A stretch of 64,000 nt of DNA from assembly GCA_965230925.1 (NCBI GenBank), contig OZ246403.1, positions 394,455 to 458,454 on the forward strand, in the 5' to 3' direction. The position numbers were made by a program, and so were the translations under genes. This document shows, in pieces, positions 27,660-37,276 of the stretch. Below the pieces are notes generated by a model. The model was not told where the DNA came from and did no database searches. It was given only the letters and a program-made list of their open reading frames with translations. The DNA is from an uncultured Candidatus Saccharibacteria bacterium. GTDB taxonomy: Bacteria > Patescibacteriota > Minisyncoccia > Phycocordibacterales > JACOZG01. Within the stretch, counting starts at the first letter, position 1; each line of letters starts with the position of its first letter.

Positions 27660-28547
27660 TTAAAACAAGCCTGGTTGCGAGGCTAATTTACTTGTTGCTT
27701 TAGCGGGCGCCAACTTAGGCTTAGCTTCTGCCAATACTTCGTCCACGGCGCCACGGAAAATACAATAATCACATTCCCCGCTCGCCGCCGGCGCATCACC
27801 CATTAAACATTTTTTAATTTCACCGAGCTTGGGCTCGATCCACTTGTCATCGCCGGTGTAAGGAATTAATTTCACGTCGAACTCGAGCCGGCCGTCGAAG
27901 GCCTTGGCATCACGCTTGCCGTTCACATACACAAAATAGCCGGTGGAAGAAACTTTAAAGCCATTTTGCCGCAAGAGCCATTGATACATTTCCATCTGAT
28001 TCTTATAGCCCTGCTGCCAGTCGGCGTCTAAGTTCACCTCAGTGTCCTTACTCGTCGCTTTATAATCCACCACGTGGAGCTCACCGGCTTTATTGACCCA
28101 CACATCGTCCACGGCACCAGTGATAATAAAATTAGTTGGCGCGTGATGATATTGCACACCCACGAAGTTCTCGCGCCACTTGTCGAGATCGCGATGCTCA
28201 TACGGCACAGCATCAAGCTTATACGCTTTCATCAAGGGATGCGGTTCTTGCTTCGCCCGGTGAGTATCAAATTCTTTCTTGAGCAGCAGGTCCACTGCGG
28301 CGTTGAGGCTAAAAGGGAAGCCAGGCGGCCGACCCACGCCGAGCCGGCGATCTAAGTAGAAACACAGCGGGCACTCGAGGAAAAGCTCAATCTTCGACCG
28401 ACTCAACTTAAACGGCTCCGCACTCGCCGGCTCAAAAATCCCCCGCGTCCGCTTACCCTTATAATATTCCGACATAATTATTCGGATTGTAGCATAAAAG
28501 AAAAAGCCTCGACCGTTCGCGTATCGCGAGCTGGATCGAGGCTTCAT
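27660..28547 (-). CDS. PD-(D/E)XK nuclease, Cas4/RecB-like with Fe-S Cys cluster
   Basis: VVDYKATSKD...QMEMYQWLL (D-Y/EXK-Q..Y) core; Cys ligands CPLC (N-terminus) and C..C..C near the C-terminus. Confidence 0.65.
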   Translation of the reverse strand: MKPRSSSRYANGRGFFFYATIRIIMSEYYKGKRTRGIFEPASAEPFKLSRSKIELFLECPLCFYLDRRLGVGRPPGFPFSLNAAVDLLLKKEFDTHRAKQEPHPLMKAYKLDAVPYEHRDLDKWRENFVGVQYHHAPTNFIITGAVDDVWVNKAGELHVVDYKATSKDTEVNLDADWQQGYKNQMEMYQWLLRQNGFKVSSTGYFVYVNGKRDAKAFDGRLEFDVKLIPYTGDDKWIEPKLGEIKKCLMGDAPAASGECDYCIFRGAVDEVLAEAKPKLAPAKATSKLASQPGLF

Positions 28548-28619
28548 TTTACTGCTTCAAAACGAAAGATCTCAGTGATATGTCACAATCAACCCGACCG
28601 GGCCGATGGGAGTTTTCAC

Positions 28620-28988
28620 TCAGACAAACCCTTGAATTGGAGTGGTCACATCGACCACTTTATCGGGAAACTCTCCCTTCCAACGATCGAGGGCTGTGTC
28701 CAAACGGGCCCGGGCCTCTTCTTGAGTGTCAGTCTTTTCGCCTTGCTCAAGAGTAAGCACCAAGAGGCCGTAACCATCGTCGAAAATCTGGGAATCGGAT
28801 GTTTTCATCTCCGTGAGCATGTTTTTGACGAAATCTTCACTGATACTCCGATCCTTTTTCAACCAGGTGACAATTTCCTTGCGCACCCCGTAGAGACTCT
28901 CACCGCTATCCTCCCTCTTCTCGCAACCAGGAATGAAGCTAGTCACCAAGACCAACAACAGTCCTATCCGGCACTTTTTCATGTGCAC
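28620..28988 (-). CDS. Lipoprotein, hypothetical
   Basis: Signal plus lipobox LVTSFIPGC. Confidence 0.45.
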   Translation of the reverse strand: MHMKKCRIGLLLVLVTSFIPGCEKREDSGESLYGVRKEIVTWLKKDRSISEDFVKNMLTEMKTSDSQIFDDGYGLLVLTLEQGEKTDTQEEARARLDTALDRWKGEFPDKVVDVTTPIQGFV

Positions 28989-29063
28989 CCTACCCTTCTG
29001 CCGAAAACATCGGCTCCAATTTCTTTTTTTAAACTACCTAAAACAAACGCCGGCGTCAAACCC

Positions 29064-31424
29064 TTACTTTACTTCCCCGAGGTTTTGGCCGGTGGAGACG
29101 TGGACGGCGAGCGGAACGCCGATATTTCCAGCGTTTTCCATAGACTCTTGAACAATTTTGCTAGTTTCTTCTACTTTAGCGTCTTCCACTTCGTAAATAA
29201 GTTCATCGTGCACTTGGAGGAGGAAGTGAGCGTGATTGAGGAGATTAGCAGTGTGGAGCCTGGCGTCAATCTTGATCATCGCGAGCTTTACAAGGTCGGC
29301 CGCGGTGCCTTGGAGCGGCGCGTTCATCGCGGCTCGCTCAGCCCCAGCTTTAATCGGTGGCACGGGCGAATTAATGCCCGGGAAGTAGCGCCGGCGGCCA
29401 AAGAAGGTCGAAGTGAAACCGTTTTGCCGCGCATCGCGCTTCACTTTCTCGAAGTACTCACGGATCGAGCCAAAGGTGGTGAAGTAATTATCGTAGAAAG
29501 CCGAGGCTTCCGCACGCGTCACTCCGAGCGTGGCCTGGAGGCGCGTGACACCCATACCGTAGATGATGCCGAAGTTAATCACCTTGGCGCGGCGACGCAT
29601 TTCTTTGGTCACCTCGGTGGGTGGGACATTGAAAACGCGTGAGGCTACCCCGGTGTGCACATCTTCACCTTTCTTAAAAATTTCGAGTAGCGCCGCGTCA
29701 CCAGAGAGCGCGGCGAGCACGCGCATTTCAATTTGTGAGTAATCCGCGGCAAGGAAGGTGTGCCCGGGTCGAGCAATGAAGCCTTTCCGCACAGCAAGCC
29801 CAAGCTCACCGGAGGCCGGGATATTTTGCATATTCGGATTCTCGGAGGACATGCGGCCGGTGGCGGCACCTGTCTGGCGCAACTTGCTGTGGAGCACACG
29901 GTTCTCATCAGCGAGCTTCGGGATCGCATCAATATACGTCGAGAGTAATTTCTGGAGTTCGCGCTGGAGGAGAATCTCGGTAATGATCGGATGTGCGTCC
30001 TTGAGCTTCTCCAGTTCACTCTCGCGGGTGGAGCGGGCACCACCAGCGGTTTTCTTGAGGCCCTTCGCGGTGAGCGCGAGCTTATCGAAAATAATGTCGC
30101 CGAGTTGCTTCGGCGAATTGATATTAAATTCTTGGCCAGCCAACTCATAAATCCTGGCTTCAATCTCTTTCAACTTCTGGTGATAATCTCGCGAAAGATT
30201 TTTTAAATAATCGATATCGGCCACAATCCCCCGCTCGCGCGCCGCTTCGATAATTGGAATTAGTGGGAGTTCAATCTCACGATAAACTTTTTCCAAGCTG
30301 CGCTTCTCGAGTTCTGTCTCCAAAAACTTTTTTGCCTCATCTAAATTTTCCGTCCCTGCCTGCGCAGGCAGGCCGGCAAGTCGCGCGAGATCTTCAAAAC
30401 TCGGATCACTATTCTCTGAATCTAAGAGCCAAACGGCAATTTGGGTCTCTTGATCTAGAATTATTTCTGACTTCTCTTCGACAGGTTTTTCGCTTTCCTC
30501 ACTATCTTCATTAAAAATCTGATCTGCCCGCGCGAGCAAACTCTTAAAGCCGAGCTCACTGAAAAATTCTTTCACCGCCGGCAAAGTTGAGCCGTCGCGG
30601 AAACGACAATCGTCTAAAATAAAGTCCACCGGCGCATCGCGGCGAATGGTGGCAAGAGTCTTCGAGAACTCGGCTTCTTCTTCACCTTCTTTCAGCAAAG
30701 CAATAATTCGCGGCGAAATTTTTAACTTTTTAAATTCGCTTTCATCTTTCTTCAGTACTTTGTACATTTTCTCGAGAGTACCGAAGTGACCAATGAGCAC
30801 GCTGGCTGTTTTCTCTCCAATCCCTTTGATGCCGATAATATTATCGCTCGGGTCGCCACGCAAACCTTTATAATCCGGCAAGCTCTCGGGGTCGAAACTA
30901 AAACGCGCTTTCACCGCTTCTTCGTCATAGAGAATCGTGTCATTAATCCCTTTTTTCAAAGTATAAACTTTCACTCTTTTACCAGACACGAGTTGCAAGG
31001 TGTCCATATCACCTGAGGCAATGATCACCTCCAAAGCTTTTTCTCCCTTCGTTTTCTCTACTAGAGTGCCGATAAGATCATCGGCTTCGAAACCCGGGGC
31101 TTCGAAAATAGGAATATTAAACGCGACAAACAAATCACGAGAGCGCACAATTTGCTTAACCAAAGACTCGTCCGTCTTCGGCCGCCCGGCCTTATAATCA
31201 TCGTAAATTGCTTTGCGGAAGGTCGGCTCGGGCAGATCGTAACAAGCGGCCAAGTAATCTGGCTTGAGCTCCTTAATAATCCGCATCAGCATGGTGGCGA
31301 GACCGTAAATACCGCCGGTAGGCTCACCACTCTTCGACGTGAAGTCCGGCATCGCGTGATAGGCGCGATGCAAGATCGCGTGTACATCAAGCAAAATTAA
31401 TTTCTCTAGTGTCTCCTTCGCCAT
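29064..31424 (-). CDS. polA: DNA polymerase I (5'-3' exonuclease + polymerase; 3'-5' exonuclease domain apparently vestigial/absent)
   Basis: N-terminal FEN/5'-nuclease motifs (LLDVHAILHRAY, GIKGIGEKTA), pol motifs A (DYSQIEMR), B (RRRAKVINFGIIYG), C (VHDEL). 786 aa leaves only ~90 aa between the nuclease and pol domains. Confidence 0.9.
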   Translation of the reverse strand: MAKETLEKLILLDVHAILHRAYHAMPDFTSKSGEPTGGIYGLATMLMRIIKELKPDYLAACYDLPEPTFRKAIYDDYKAGRPKTDESLVKQIVRSRDLFVAFNIPIFEAPGFEADDLIGTLVEKTKGEKALEVIIASGDMDTLQLVSGKRVKVYTLKKGINDTILYDEEAVKARFSFDPESLPDYKGLRGDPSDNIIGIKGIGEKTASVLIGHFGTLEKMYKVLKKDESEFKKLKISPRIIALLKEGEEEAEFSKTLATIRRDAPVDFILDDCRFRDGSTLPAVKEFFSELGFKSLLARADQIFNEDSEESEKPVEEKSEIILDQETQIAVWLLDSENSDPSFEDLARLAGLPAQAGTENLDEAKKFLETELEKRSLEKVYREIELPLIPIIEAARERGIVADIDYLKNLSRDYHQKLKEIEARIYELAGQEFNINSPKQLGDIIFDKLALTAKGLKKTAGGARSTRESELEKLKDAHPIITEILLQRELQKLLSTYIDAIPKLADENRVLHSKLRQTGAATGRMSSENPNMQNIPASGELGLAVRKGFIARPGHTFLAADYSQIEMRVLAALSGDAALLEIFKKGEDVHTGVASRVFNVPPTEVTKEMRRRAKVINFGIIYGMGVTRLQATLGVTRAEASAFYDNYFTTFGSIREYFEKVKRDARQNGFTSTFFGRRRYFPGINSPVPPIKAGAERAAMNAPLQGTAADLVKLAMIKIDARLHTANLLNHAHFLLQVHDELIYEVEDAKVEETSKIVQESMENAGNIGVPLAVHVSTGQNLGEVK

Positions 31425-31860
31425 GATTAAAATAAATTTTTGTCACCTGCCTGCCGGTAGGCAGGGCGCTCTCGAAAAGTTCTGGGAACTTGTCGGCCCA
31501 TTCGACCAAAATCAGATTTTCCGGCTCGCTCGCAATTTCTGCCCAACCCAAATGCAATAATTCTTCCGGCTTCTCAAGGCGATAACAATCAATGTGAATC
31601 AGTTTTTTCCATTTACTCCTCGACTCCGCTCGGAGCAAGTAAATTTTCTCAAGCACAAAAGTCGGGCTCGTAATATTCTCCTTCACTCCAAGCGCTTCCG
31701 CCACCGCTTGGGTAAAAGTGGTCTTACCCGCACCCAAATTACCAATGAGAGCCACCACATTCCCCTGCGGACCACGTTTAAGCCACTCCCTAGCTGCCTC
31801 TTGCGTCTCCTCTTTGCTTTTCGTCACCACTTTCACCCTTACAAAGTAACAAAAAATCAT
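31387..31860 (-). CDS. tsaE: tRNA t6A biosynthesis protein TsaE (P-loop)
   Basis: ALIGNLGAGKTTFTQAVAEALG Walker A; ~150 aa. Confidence 0.75.
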   Translation of the reverse strand: MIFCYFVRVKVVTKSKEETQEAAREWLKRGPQGNVVALIGNLGAGKTTFTQAVAEALGVKENITSPTFVLEKIYLLRAESRSKWKKLIHIDCYRLEKPEELLHLGWAEIASEPENLILVEWADKFPELFESALPTGRQVTKIYFNHGEGDTREINFA

Positions 31861-31907
31861 CACGACGACCACTTTCCCACAGTTTGGACTAGCTATTTGG
31901 AAGCTGT

Positions 31908-33635
31908 GTGCTAGAACTAGAGACAAAGCACATGCTCAAGTTTCAAGAAGAGAAACAAGATCGCAAAGTTAATGAACTTCATGCCAAGGAGGCTGAATCC
32001 TTAGCTCAATTACTCGCCCAAAAACACAATCTCCCTTATCTTGATCTTTCCACCTCCCCTATCAACACCGACGCCCTGCGTATTGTCCCCGAAACGGAGG
32101 CACGCGAGGCTAAGGTCGCAGCTTTTAAAACCGTTGGCCGCACTCTGCACCTTCTAATTCTCTCGCCAGAACCCTTAGCGACCAAAAAATTGCTCGAAGA
32201 ACTTCGGAACAAGAACTATCACCTCGAAGTTTACCTTGGTTCAGAAGCAAGTCTTAACCGCGCCTGGGAACGGTATAGTGAAATTTCTGAATCCAACACC
32301 ACCACCGCTGGTGTAATTGATATTGCCGCTGAACGCATTAGCCAATTGATGGAGAAGCTAAACGATTTGCCACTCGTGAAAAAATCGCTTGAAGAAGAAA
32401 GCGTTGGTGCTCTCAAAACTGGCGGCATCTCTTCTTTCCTCGAGATTGTGCTGGCGGGCGCCATGGTGGCCAATGCCTCCGATATTCACTTCGAGCCAGG
32501 AGAAGCCACTGTGCGCTTACGTTATCGGCTTGATGGTGTTCTTAATGACATCGTTGATACTAATCTTAAGCTCTACCACCAGCTTCTCTCGCGGGTAAAA
32601 CTGGTTTCAGGTTTAAAACTTAATCTTAACCAGAGCGCACAAGATGGGCGCTTTAGTATTAAGCTCGGCGACGCAGAAATTGAGATTCGCACCTCTATCC
32701 TTCCGGGCGCTTATGGCGAATCTATTGTCCTTCGCGTTCTTAATCCAGAAGCCATCGCCGTCTCCTTCAAAGACTTGGGGATGGAAGAACGGCTTTTTGC
32801 AATTGTGTCTCATGAAATTAAAAAACCAAATGGTCTAATTCTTCTCACTGGCCCCACTGGCGCGGGTAAAACCACTACGCTCTACGCATTTTTGAAGGAA
32901 ATTAATTCTCCGGAAAGCAAAATTATCACCATTGAAGATCCGATTGAATACCACCTTAAAGGTGTAAATCAGACGCAAGTAAATCCCGAGAAGGAATACA
33001 CTTTCCTCTCAGGTCTCCGTTCAGCCCTGCGCCAAGACCCCGACATTATCATGGTGGGTGAAATCCGAGACTCGGAAACGGCCGAGATCGCCGTGAACGC
33101 CTCACTCACTGGCCACCTCGTCCTTTCTACCCTCCACACCAATAATGCCGCCGGTACAGTGCCCCGCCTCGTAGATCTCGGGGTAAACCCAAAAGTGATT
33201 GATTCGGCTCTCAATATCGCTCTTGCTCAGCGCTTGATCCGTAAACTTTGCTCGGATTGCAAAAAACCGGTTACTCTTGAACCAGCTCAGCAAAAAATGA
33301 TTGAAAATATTTTACTGGCGATTACCAAAAAGCGTTCGGGTTTCCAGGCTCCAACCGCACTCGCCTTCTTTGGTCCCACTGGTTGCCCCAAGTGCCACAA
33401 TACCGGTTACCGTGGCCGGATCGGCATCTTCGAAGCCATTATAATTGATGAGAAAGTGGCTAAACTTCTAGCAGACAGTAATCCAAATGAACGCGAGATT
33501 CGCATTGCGGCTCTTAGCCAAAATATCTTAGAAATGCGCGAGGATGGGATCCTCAAGGCCTTACAAGGAGTTACGGCCATTGAAGAACTGGCGCGTGTGG
33601 TCGACCTGGAAGAAGAAATCATCATGGCAACCTGA
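31908..33635 (+). CDS. pilB: Type II/IV secretion system ATPase (PilB/GspE family)
   Basis: Walker A LLTGPTGAGKTTTLYAF, Asp box, Walker B IIMVGEIRD, His box LSTLHTN, tetracysteine CSDC...CPKC, GYRGRIGIFE. Confidence 0.9.
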   Translation: MLELETKHMLKFQEEKQDRKVNELHAKEAESLAQLLAQKHNLPYLDLSTSPINTDALRIVPETEAREAKVAAFKTVGRTLHLLILSPEPLATKKLLEELRNKNYHLEVYLGSEASLNRAWERYSEISESNTTTAGVIDIAAERISQLMEKLNDLPLVKKSLEEESVGALKTGGISSFLEIVLAGAMVANASDIHFEPGEATVRLRYRLDGVLNDIVDTNLKLYHQLLSRVKLVSGLKLNLNQSAQDGRFSIKLGDAEIEIRTSILPGAYGESIVLRVLNPEAIAVSFKDLGMEERLFAIVSHEIKKPNGLILLTGPTGAGKTTTLYAFLKEINSPESKIITIEDPIEYHLKGVNQTQVNPEKEYTFLSGLRSALRQDPDIIMVGEIRDSETAEIAVNASLTGHLVLSTLHTNNAAGTVPRLVDLGVNPKVIDSALNIALAQRLIRKLCSDCKKPVTLEPAQQKMIENILLAITKKRSGFQAPTALAFFGPTGCPKCHNTGYRGRIGIFEAIIIDEKVAKLLADSNPNEREIRIAALSQNILEMREDGILKALQGVTAIEELARVVDLEEEIIMAT

Positions 33636-33790
33636 AAACAAAAAAATCGAACCCCTAAACCTCGCGGCAAGCCTTTCAATAGTGCTATGGAAAGTTAGGT
33701 TTCTAGCTAAGGATGGCCCCAGCAATTCGCCTTACGGCGAAAAACCAGGACGTCCTTGCCAGCAACCCGTTTAAGTCCCGAAGGACTTAG

Positions 33791-34864
33791 TTGCCGAGAG
33801 GTTTAGAGGTTCGATTAACGCTGCCAAGATGCTATCATAGATTAAATTTAATGTCAAGAAACACCACTCCCACCGATACACCTGACCAATTTCTCGACAG
33901 CGCCCTCCGACCAGCGATTTGGGACGACTACATTGGCCAACAGAACATCAAGGATAACCTCAAAATCCTCCTCGGAGCCGCCAAAGAACGAAATCACCCT
34001 CCCGAGCACCTCATTTTCTATGGCCCACCCGGACTCGGTAAGACCACTCTCGCCCATCTCATTGCTAAGGAAATAGGGGCGCAAATGAAGATTACTTCCG
34101 GCCCAGCAATCGAGAAGGTTGGCGACCTTGCTTCTATTTTAACCAACCTGGCGGCTGGTGATGTGCTGTTTATTGATGAGATCCATCGTCTCAATAAAAC
34201 GATCGAGGAAGTGCTCTACCCAGCCATGGAATCCGGCACCCTCAATATAATCATTGGTAAAGGACCAGGAGCCAGGGTGATCCAGCTCGACTTACCGCCC
34301 TTTACCCTTATTGCCGCTACAACCCGCATTGCCCTCCTTTCCGCCCCCTTGCGCTCACGCTTCTCGGGCGGCACCTTTCGCCTCGAGTTCTATACCTTGC
34401 CGGAAATCAAACAAATTGTGAAGCACTCGGCCAAAATCTTGGGTGTAACAATTAATGATCAAGCAGCAGAAATTATTGCCAAAAGAAGTCGCGCTACTCC
34501 CCGAATTGCCAACCATCTTCTAAAGCGCTGCCGAGATTTAGCTCAAATGAAGAAAAAATCAGTTGATGAAAATATCGTGACCGAAACCTTAGGCTTAATG
34601 GGTATTGACGAAGAAGGCCTTTCTCAAGCTGATCGAAAAATTTTACAAATTATCATGGAAAAATTTAACGGCGGCCCAGTAGGAATAAGCACCCTCGCGG
34701 CCGCCACCTTCGAGGAAGAGGCTACAATAGAAGATGTGCATGAGCCATATCTCTTGCAACTAGGCTTCCTTGAGCGTACTCCACGCGGGCGAATGGCCAC
34801 AAAAAAAGCTTACGATCATGTTGGCATACCCTTCCCCGCTGATCGACAAGAAAAGATGTTTTGA
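33791..34864 (+). CDS. ruvB: Holliday junction branch migration ATPase RuvB
   Basis: Walker A GPPGLGKTTLA, Walker B VLFIDEIHRL, sensor motifs; likely start at the internal M (MSRNTTP) near 33851. Confidence 0.9.
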   Translation: MPRGLEVRLTLPRCYHRLNLMSRNTTPTDTPDQFLDSALRPAIWDDYIGQQNIKDNLKILLGAAKERNHPPEHLIFYGPPGLGKTTLAHLIAKEIGAQMKITSGPAIEKVGDLASILTNLAAGDVLFIDEIHRLNKTIEEVLYPAMESGTLNIIIGKGPGARVIQLDLPPFTLIAATTRIALLSAPLRSRFSGGTFRLEFYTLPEIKQIVKHSAKILGVTINDQAAEIIAKRSRATPRIANHLLKRCRDLAQMKKKSVDENIVTETLGLMGIDEEGLSQADRKILQIIMEKFNGGPVGISTLAAATFEEEATIEDVHEPYLLQLGFLERTPRGRMATKKAYDHVGIPFPADRQEKMF

Positions 34865-34877
34865 TTAAGCTAAAGAA

Positions 34878-35411
34878 ATGGCAGGACACAATAAATGGAC
34901 TCAAATTAAACGCCAAAAGGCGGTTGAGGATGGCAAAAAAAGTAAAATTTTCTCAATCCTCGCTCGTGTCTTAACTCTTGAAGCTAAGGCCGCGAAGGGC
35001 GATCGTAATGCCCCAGGTTTAAAAAAGGCGATTGAGAAGGCGCGGGTCGCCAATGTGCCGAGCGATAATATCGAACGGGCCATTGCCCGCGGCGTTGGTG
35101 GCGAAGGTGGCGAACTAACCGTGGTGATGTATGAAGCCTATGGTCCGGGCGGCGTAGCTTTGCTCATTACTGGTATTACGGATAATAAAAATCGCACTTC
35201 GCAAGAGATTAAACATATTCTCTCCGAGCACGGTGCCAATCTTGCCCCGCAAGGATCAGTAACTTGGGCTTTTACTAAAACAAATGAGGGCTGGCAACCA
35301 AACAATCTCATCGACCTCGCTGAGGCCGAGCAAAGCACTATGAATTTATTGCGTCTCGCTTTGGAAAATCACGAGGATGTTGAACACCTTTATGATAATT
35401 GCCGGCGTTGA
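34878..35411 (+). CDS. yebC: YebC/PmpR-family protein, internally shortened (177 aa)
   Basis: MAGHNKWTQIKRQKA...ARGVGG...YE.YGPGG N-domain and the C-terminal ...LLRLALENHEDVEHLYDN tail align to YebC. About 60-70 aa of the C-domain are missing relative to the ~245-aa norm. Confidence 0.75.
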   Translation: MAGHNKWTQIKRQKAVEDGKKSKIFSILARVLTLEAKAAKGDRNAPGLKKAIEKARVANVPSDNIERAIARGVGGEGGELTVVMYEAYGPGGVALLITGITDNKNRTSQEIKHILSEHGANLAPQGSVTWAFTKTNEGWQPNNLIDLAEAEQSTMNLLRLALENHEDVEHLYDNCRR

Positions 35412-35889
35412 TCCTGGGTACGGTAAGCTCGGCGTCGCAATTGTGGAGAAACAAGGCGCAAACAAAGAAGTTTTACTCTTCTCGACCTGCCTCATTACGA
35501 GCGCCAAGCAATCACTCCCCGACCGCCTCTTCGAGATCGGTACCGGCTTTGAAAAAATTATAAAAGAATTTTCTCCCGAGCGCTTGGCAATAGAAAAATT
35601 ATTTTTTACCACCAATCAGAAAACGGCGATGGGCGTGGCTGAAGCACGAGGAGTCATTACCTATCTCGGCCGAGCCCACGGCCTCACCGTCGCTGATTAT
35701 ACGCCACTTGAGATCAAACAAACCATTACCGGATATGGTCGCGCCGAGAAAAAGCAAGTGGCTGACTTACTTCCGAAACTGATTAAAATCGACAAAAAAA
35801 TTAAGGAGGATGATGAACTGGACGCTATCGCTGTGGCCCTCACCGATCTCTTTATCCACAAGTCGCGGGCAATTGGGTTGCAAAAATAA
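35392..35889 (+). CDS. ruvC: Crossover junction endodeoxyribonuclease RuvC
   Basis: MIIAGVDPGYGKLGVAIVE, with catalytic Asp/Glu positions conserved. Confidence 0.85.
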   Translation: MIIAGVDPGYGKLGVAIVEKQGANKEVLLFSTCLITSAKQSLPDRLFEIGTGFEKIIKEFSPERLAIEKLFFTTNQKTAMGVAEARGVITYLGRAHGLTVADYTPLEIKQTITGYGRAEKKQVADLLPKLIKIDKKIKEDDELDAIAVALTDLFIHKSRAIGLQK

Positions 35890-35969
35890 AAGCGGGGTGA
35901 TAAAACTTAGCGGTGTTTTCGAAGGCAAAAGGTCGGAAACAATTTATTGGCAAAAATTTAGTTAAAAAC

Positions 35970-36089
35970 ATGGACGATCTCGAAGTCGAGGATATCAAAG
36001 ACGAGGAGGAAGAAGATGATTTAGACACTGACGATAAAGGCGTTGCTGGTGATGATGAGGAAGAAGAGGAAATGCCAGATGACGAATAA
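35970..36089 (+). CDS. Candidate 39-aa highly acidic micro-protein
   Basis: ATG..TAA ORF MDDLEVEDIKDEEEEDDLDTDDKGVAGDDEEEEEMPDDE in a 200-bp gap between ruvC and tyrS; no strong RBS. Confidence 0.25.
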   Translation: MDDLEVEDIKDEEEEDDLDTDDKGVAGDDEEEEEMPDDE

Positions 36090-37241
36090 TTAAACTTGCA
36101 ACTTTACGAATCTCTTCTTACCAATTTGGAGATCAAGATCACCGCTTACGGCGTAATCCGGGGCGGTGATTTTGTTGTTGTCTAAAGTCTTAATTGCACC
36201 AGCGTCGAGCAAGCGGCGGAAATCACTTTTCGATTCTACTAATTTTTCTCGAATTAAAATGTCTACAAGTAATTCACCGGCTGTCACTCGGGTCGCCACC
36301 AATTCTTCAGGCATCGCGCCATCACTAAACTTGGTTTGGAAGTCGCGCGCGGCGCGCTTCTCCTTCGCTTCACCGTAAATTAATTTCACCAGCTCGCTCG
36401 CTAAACGCATCTTGGCTTCCTTTGGATGACCGGCCAGAATTTCTTTAATTTCACTTTCTGACAATCGAGTTAAAAGTTCGAAACCAGCTGGCACGAGTTC
36501 ATCGCCCCAACTCATGACCTTGCCATACATGTCTTCTGGCGCATCAGTCAGCGCGGCCAAATTTCCTTCAGTCTTACCCATTTTCTTACCGGTATTGTCG
36601 GTCAAGAGCTTGGTGGTAAGCACAAACTTCTCTTTACCTGCGCGTTTGAGTAAAGTGCGACCGGCGAGCATATTGAAGGTCTGATCATTTCCTCCAATTT
36701 CCAAATCCACATCGAGGGCCACAGAATCATACCCTTGCATCAAGGGGTACATAAATTCATGAAGATGAATCGGCTCACCAGCCTTGAAGCGCTTCGAGAA
36801 CATATCCCGCTCAATCATCTGGGCCAAGGTGAACTCACTCGCAAGCTCGAGAATCTCGGCAAACTTAAGCTTACCAAGCCACTTACTATTGAAAGAAATT
36901 TTCACCTTATCGAGATCAATGATGCGCGCGAGTTGCTTTTTATAGCCTTTTAAATTCTCTTTCACCTCCGCGGCAGTCAACTGACGACGTGTCGCGCTTT
37001 TATCCGTGGGATCACCAATCATTGCGGTGAAATCACCAATCAAGATTGTGACTTCATGACCGGCTTCGGAAAAATCCCGCAACTTTAAAAGCGGCACTAA
37101 GTGACCAAGATGCAGGCTGGGGCCAGTCGGGTCAATTCCCCAATAAATTTTTAACTTCGATCCCCCGGCTAGCCTCGCTGTTAAAGTCTCAGTGGCTGGA
37201 TACACCTTCTCAACCCCACGTGTAAGAATTTGGTCTGTCAT
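36090..37241 (-). CDS. tyrS: Tyrosine--tRNA ligase
   Basis: GIDPTGPSLHLGHLV (TyrRS HIGH region), KMGKT (KMSKS), C-terminal S4-like domain. Confidence 0.85.
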   Translation of the reverse strand: MTDQILTRGVEKVYPATETLTARLAGGSKLKIYWGIDPTGPSLHLGHLVPLLKLRDFSEAGHEVTILIGDFTAMIGDPTDKSATRRQLTAAEVKENLKGYKKQLARIIDLDKVKISFNSKWLGKLKFAEILELASEFTLAQMIERDMFSKRFKAGEPIHLHEFMYPLMQGYDSVALDVDLEIGGNDQTFNMLAGRTLLKRAGKEKFVLTTKLLTDNTGKKMGKTEGNLAALTDAPEDMYGKVMSWGDELVPAGFELLTRLSESEIKEILAGHPKEAKMRLASELVKLIYGEAKEKRAARDFQTKFSDGAMPEELVATRVTAGELLVDILIREKLVESKSDFRRLLDAGAIKTLDNNKITAPDYAVSGDLDLQIGKKRFVKLQV

Positions 37242-37276
37242 TCGACTAAATTTAACATAATGTTAGGATTAGACCA

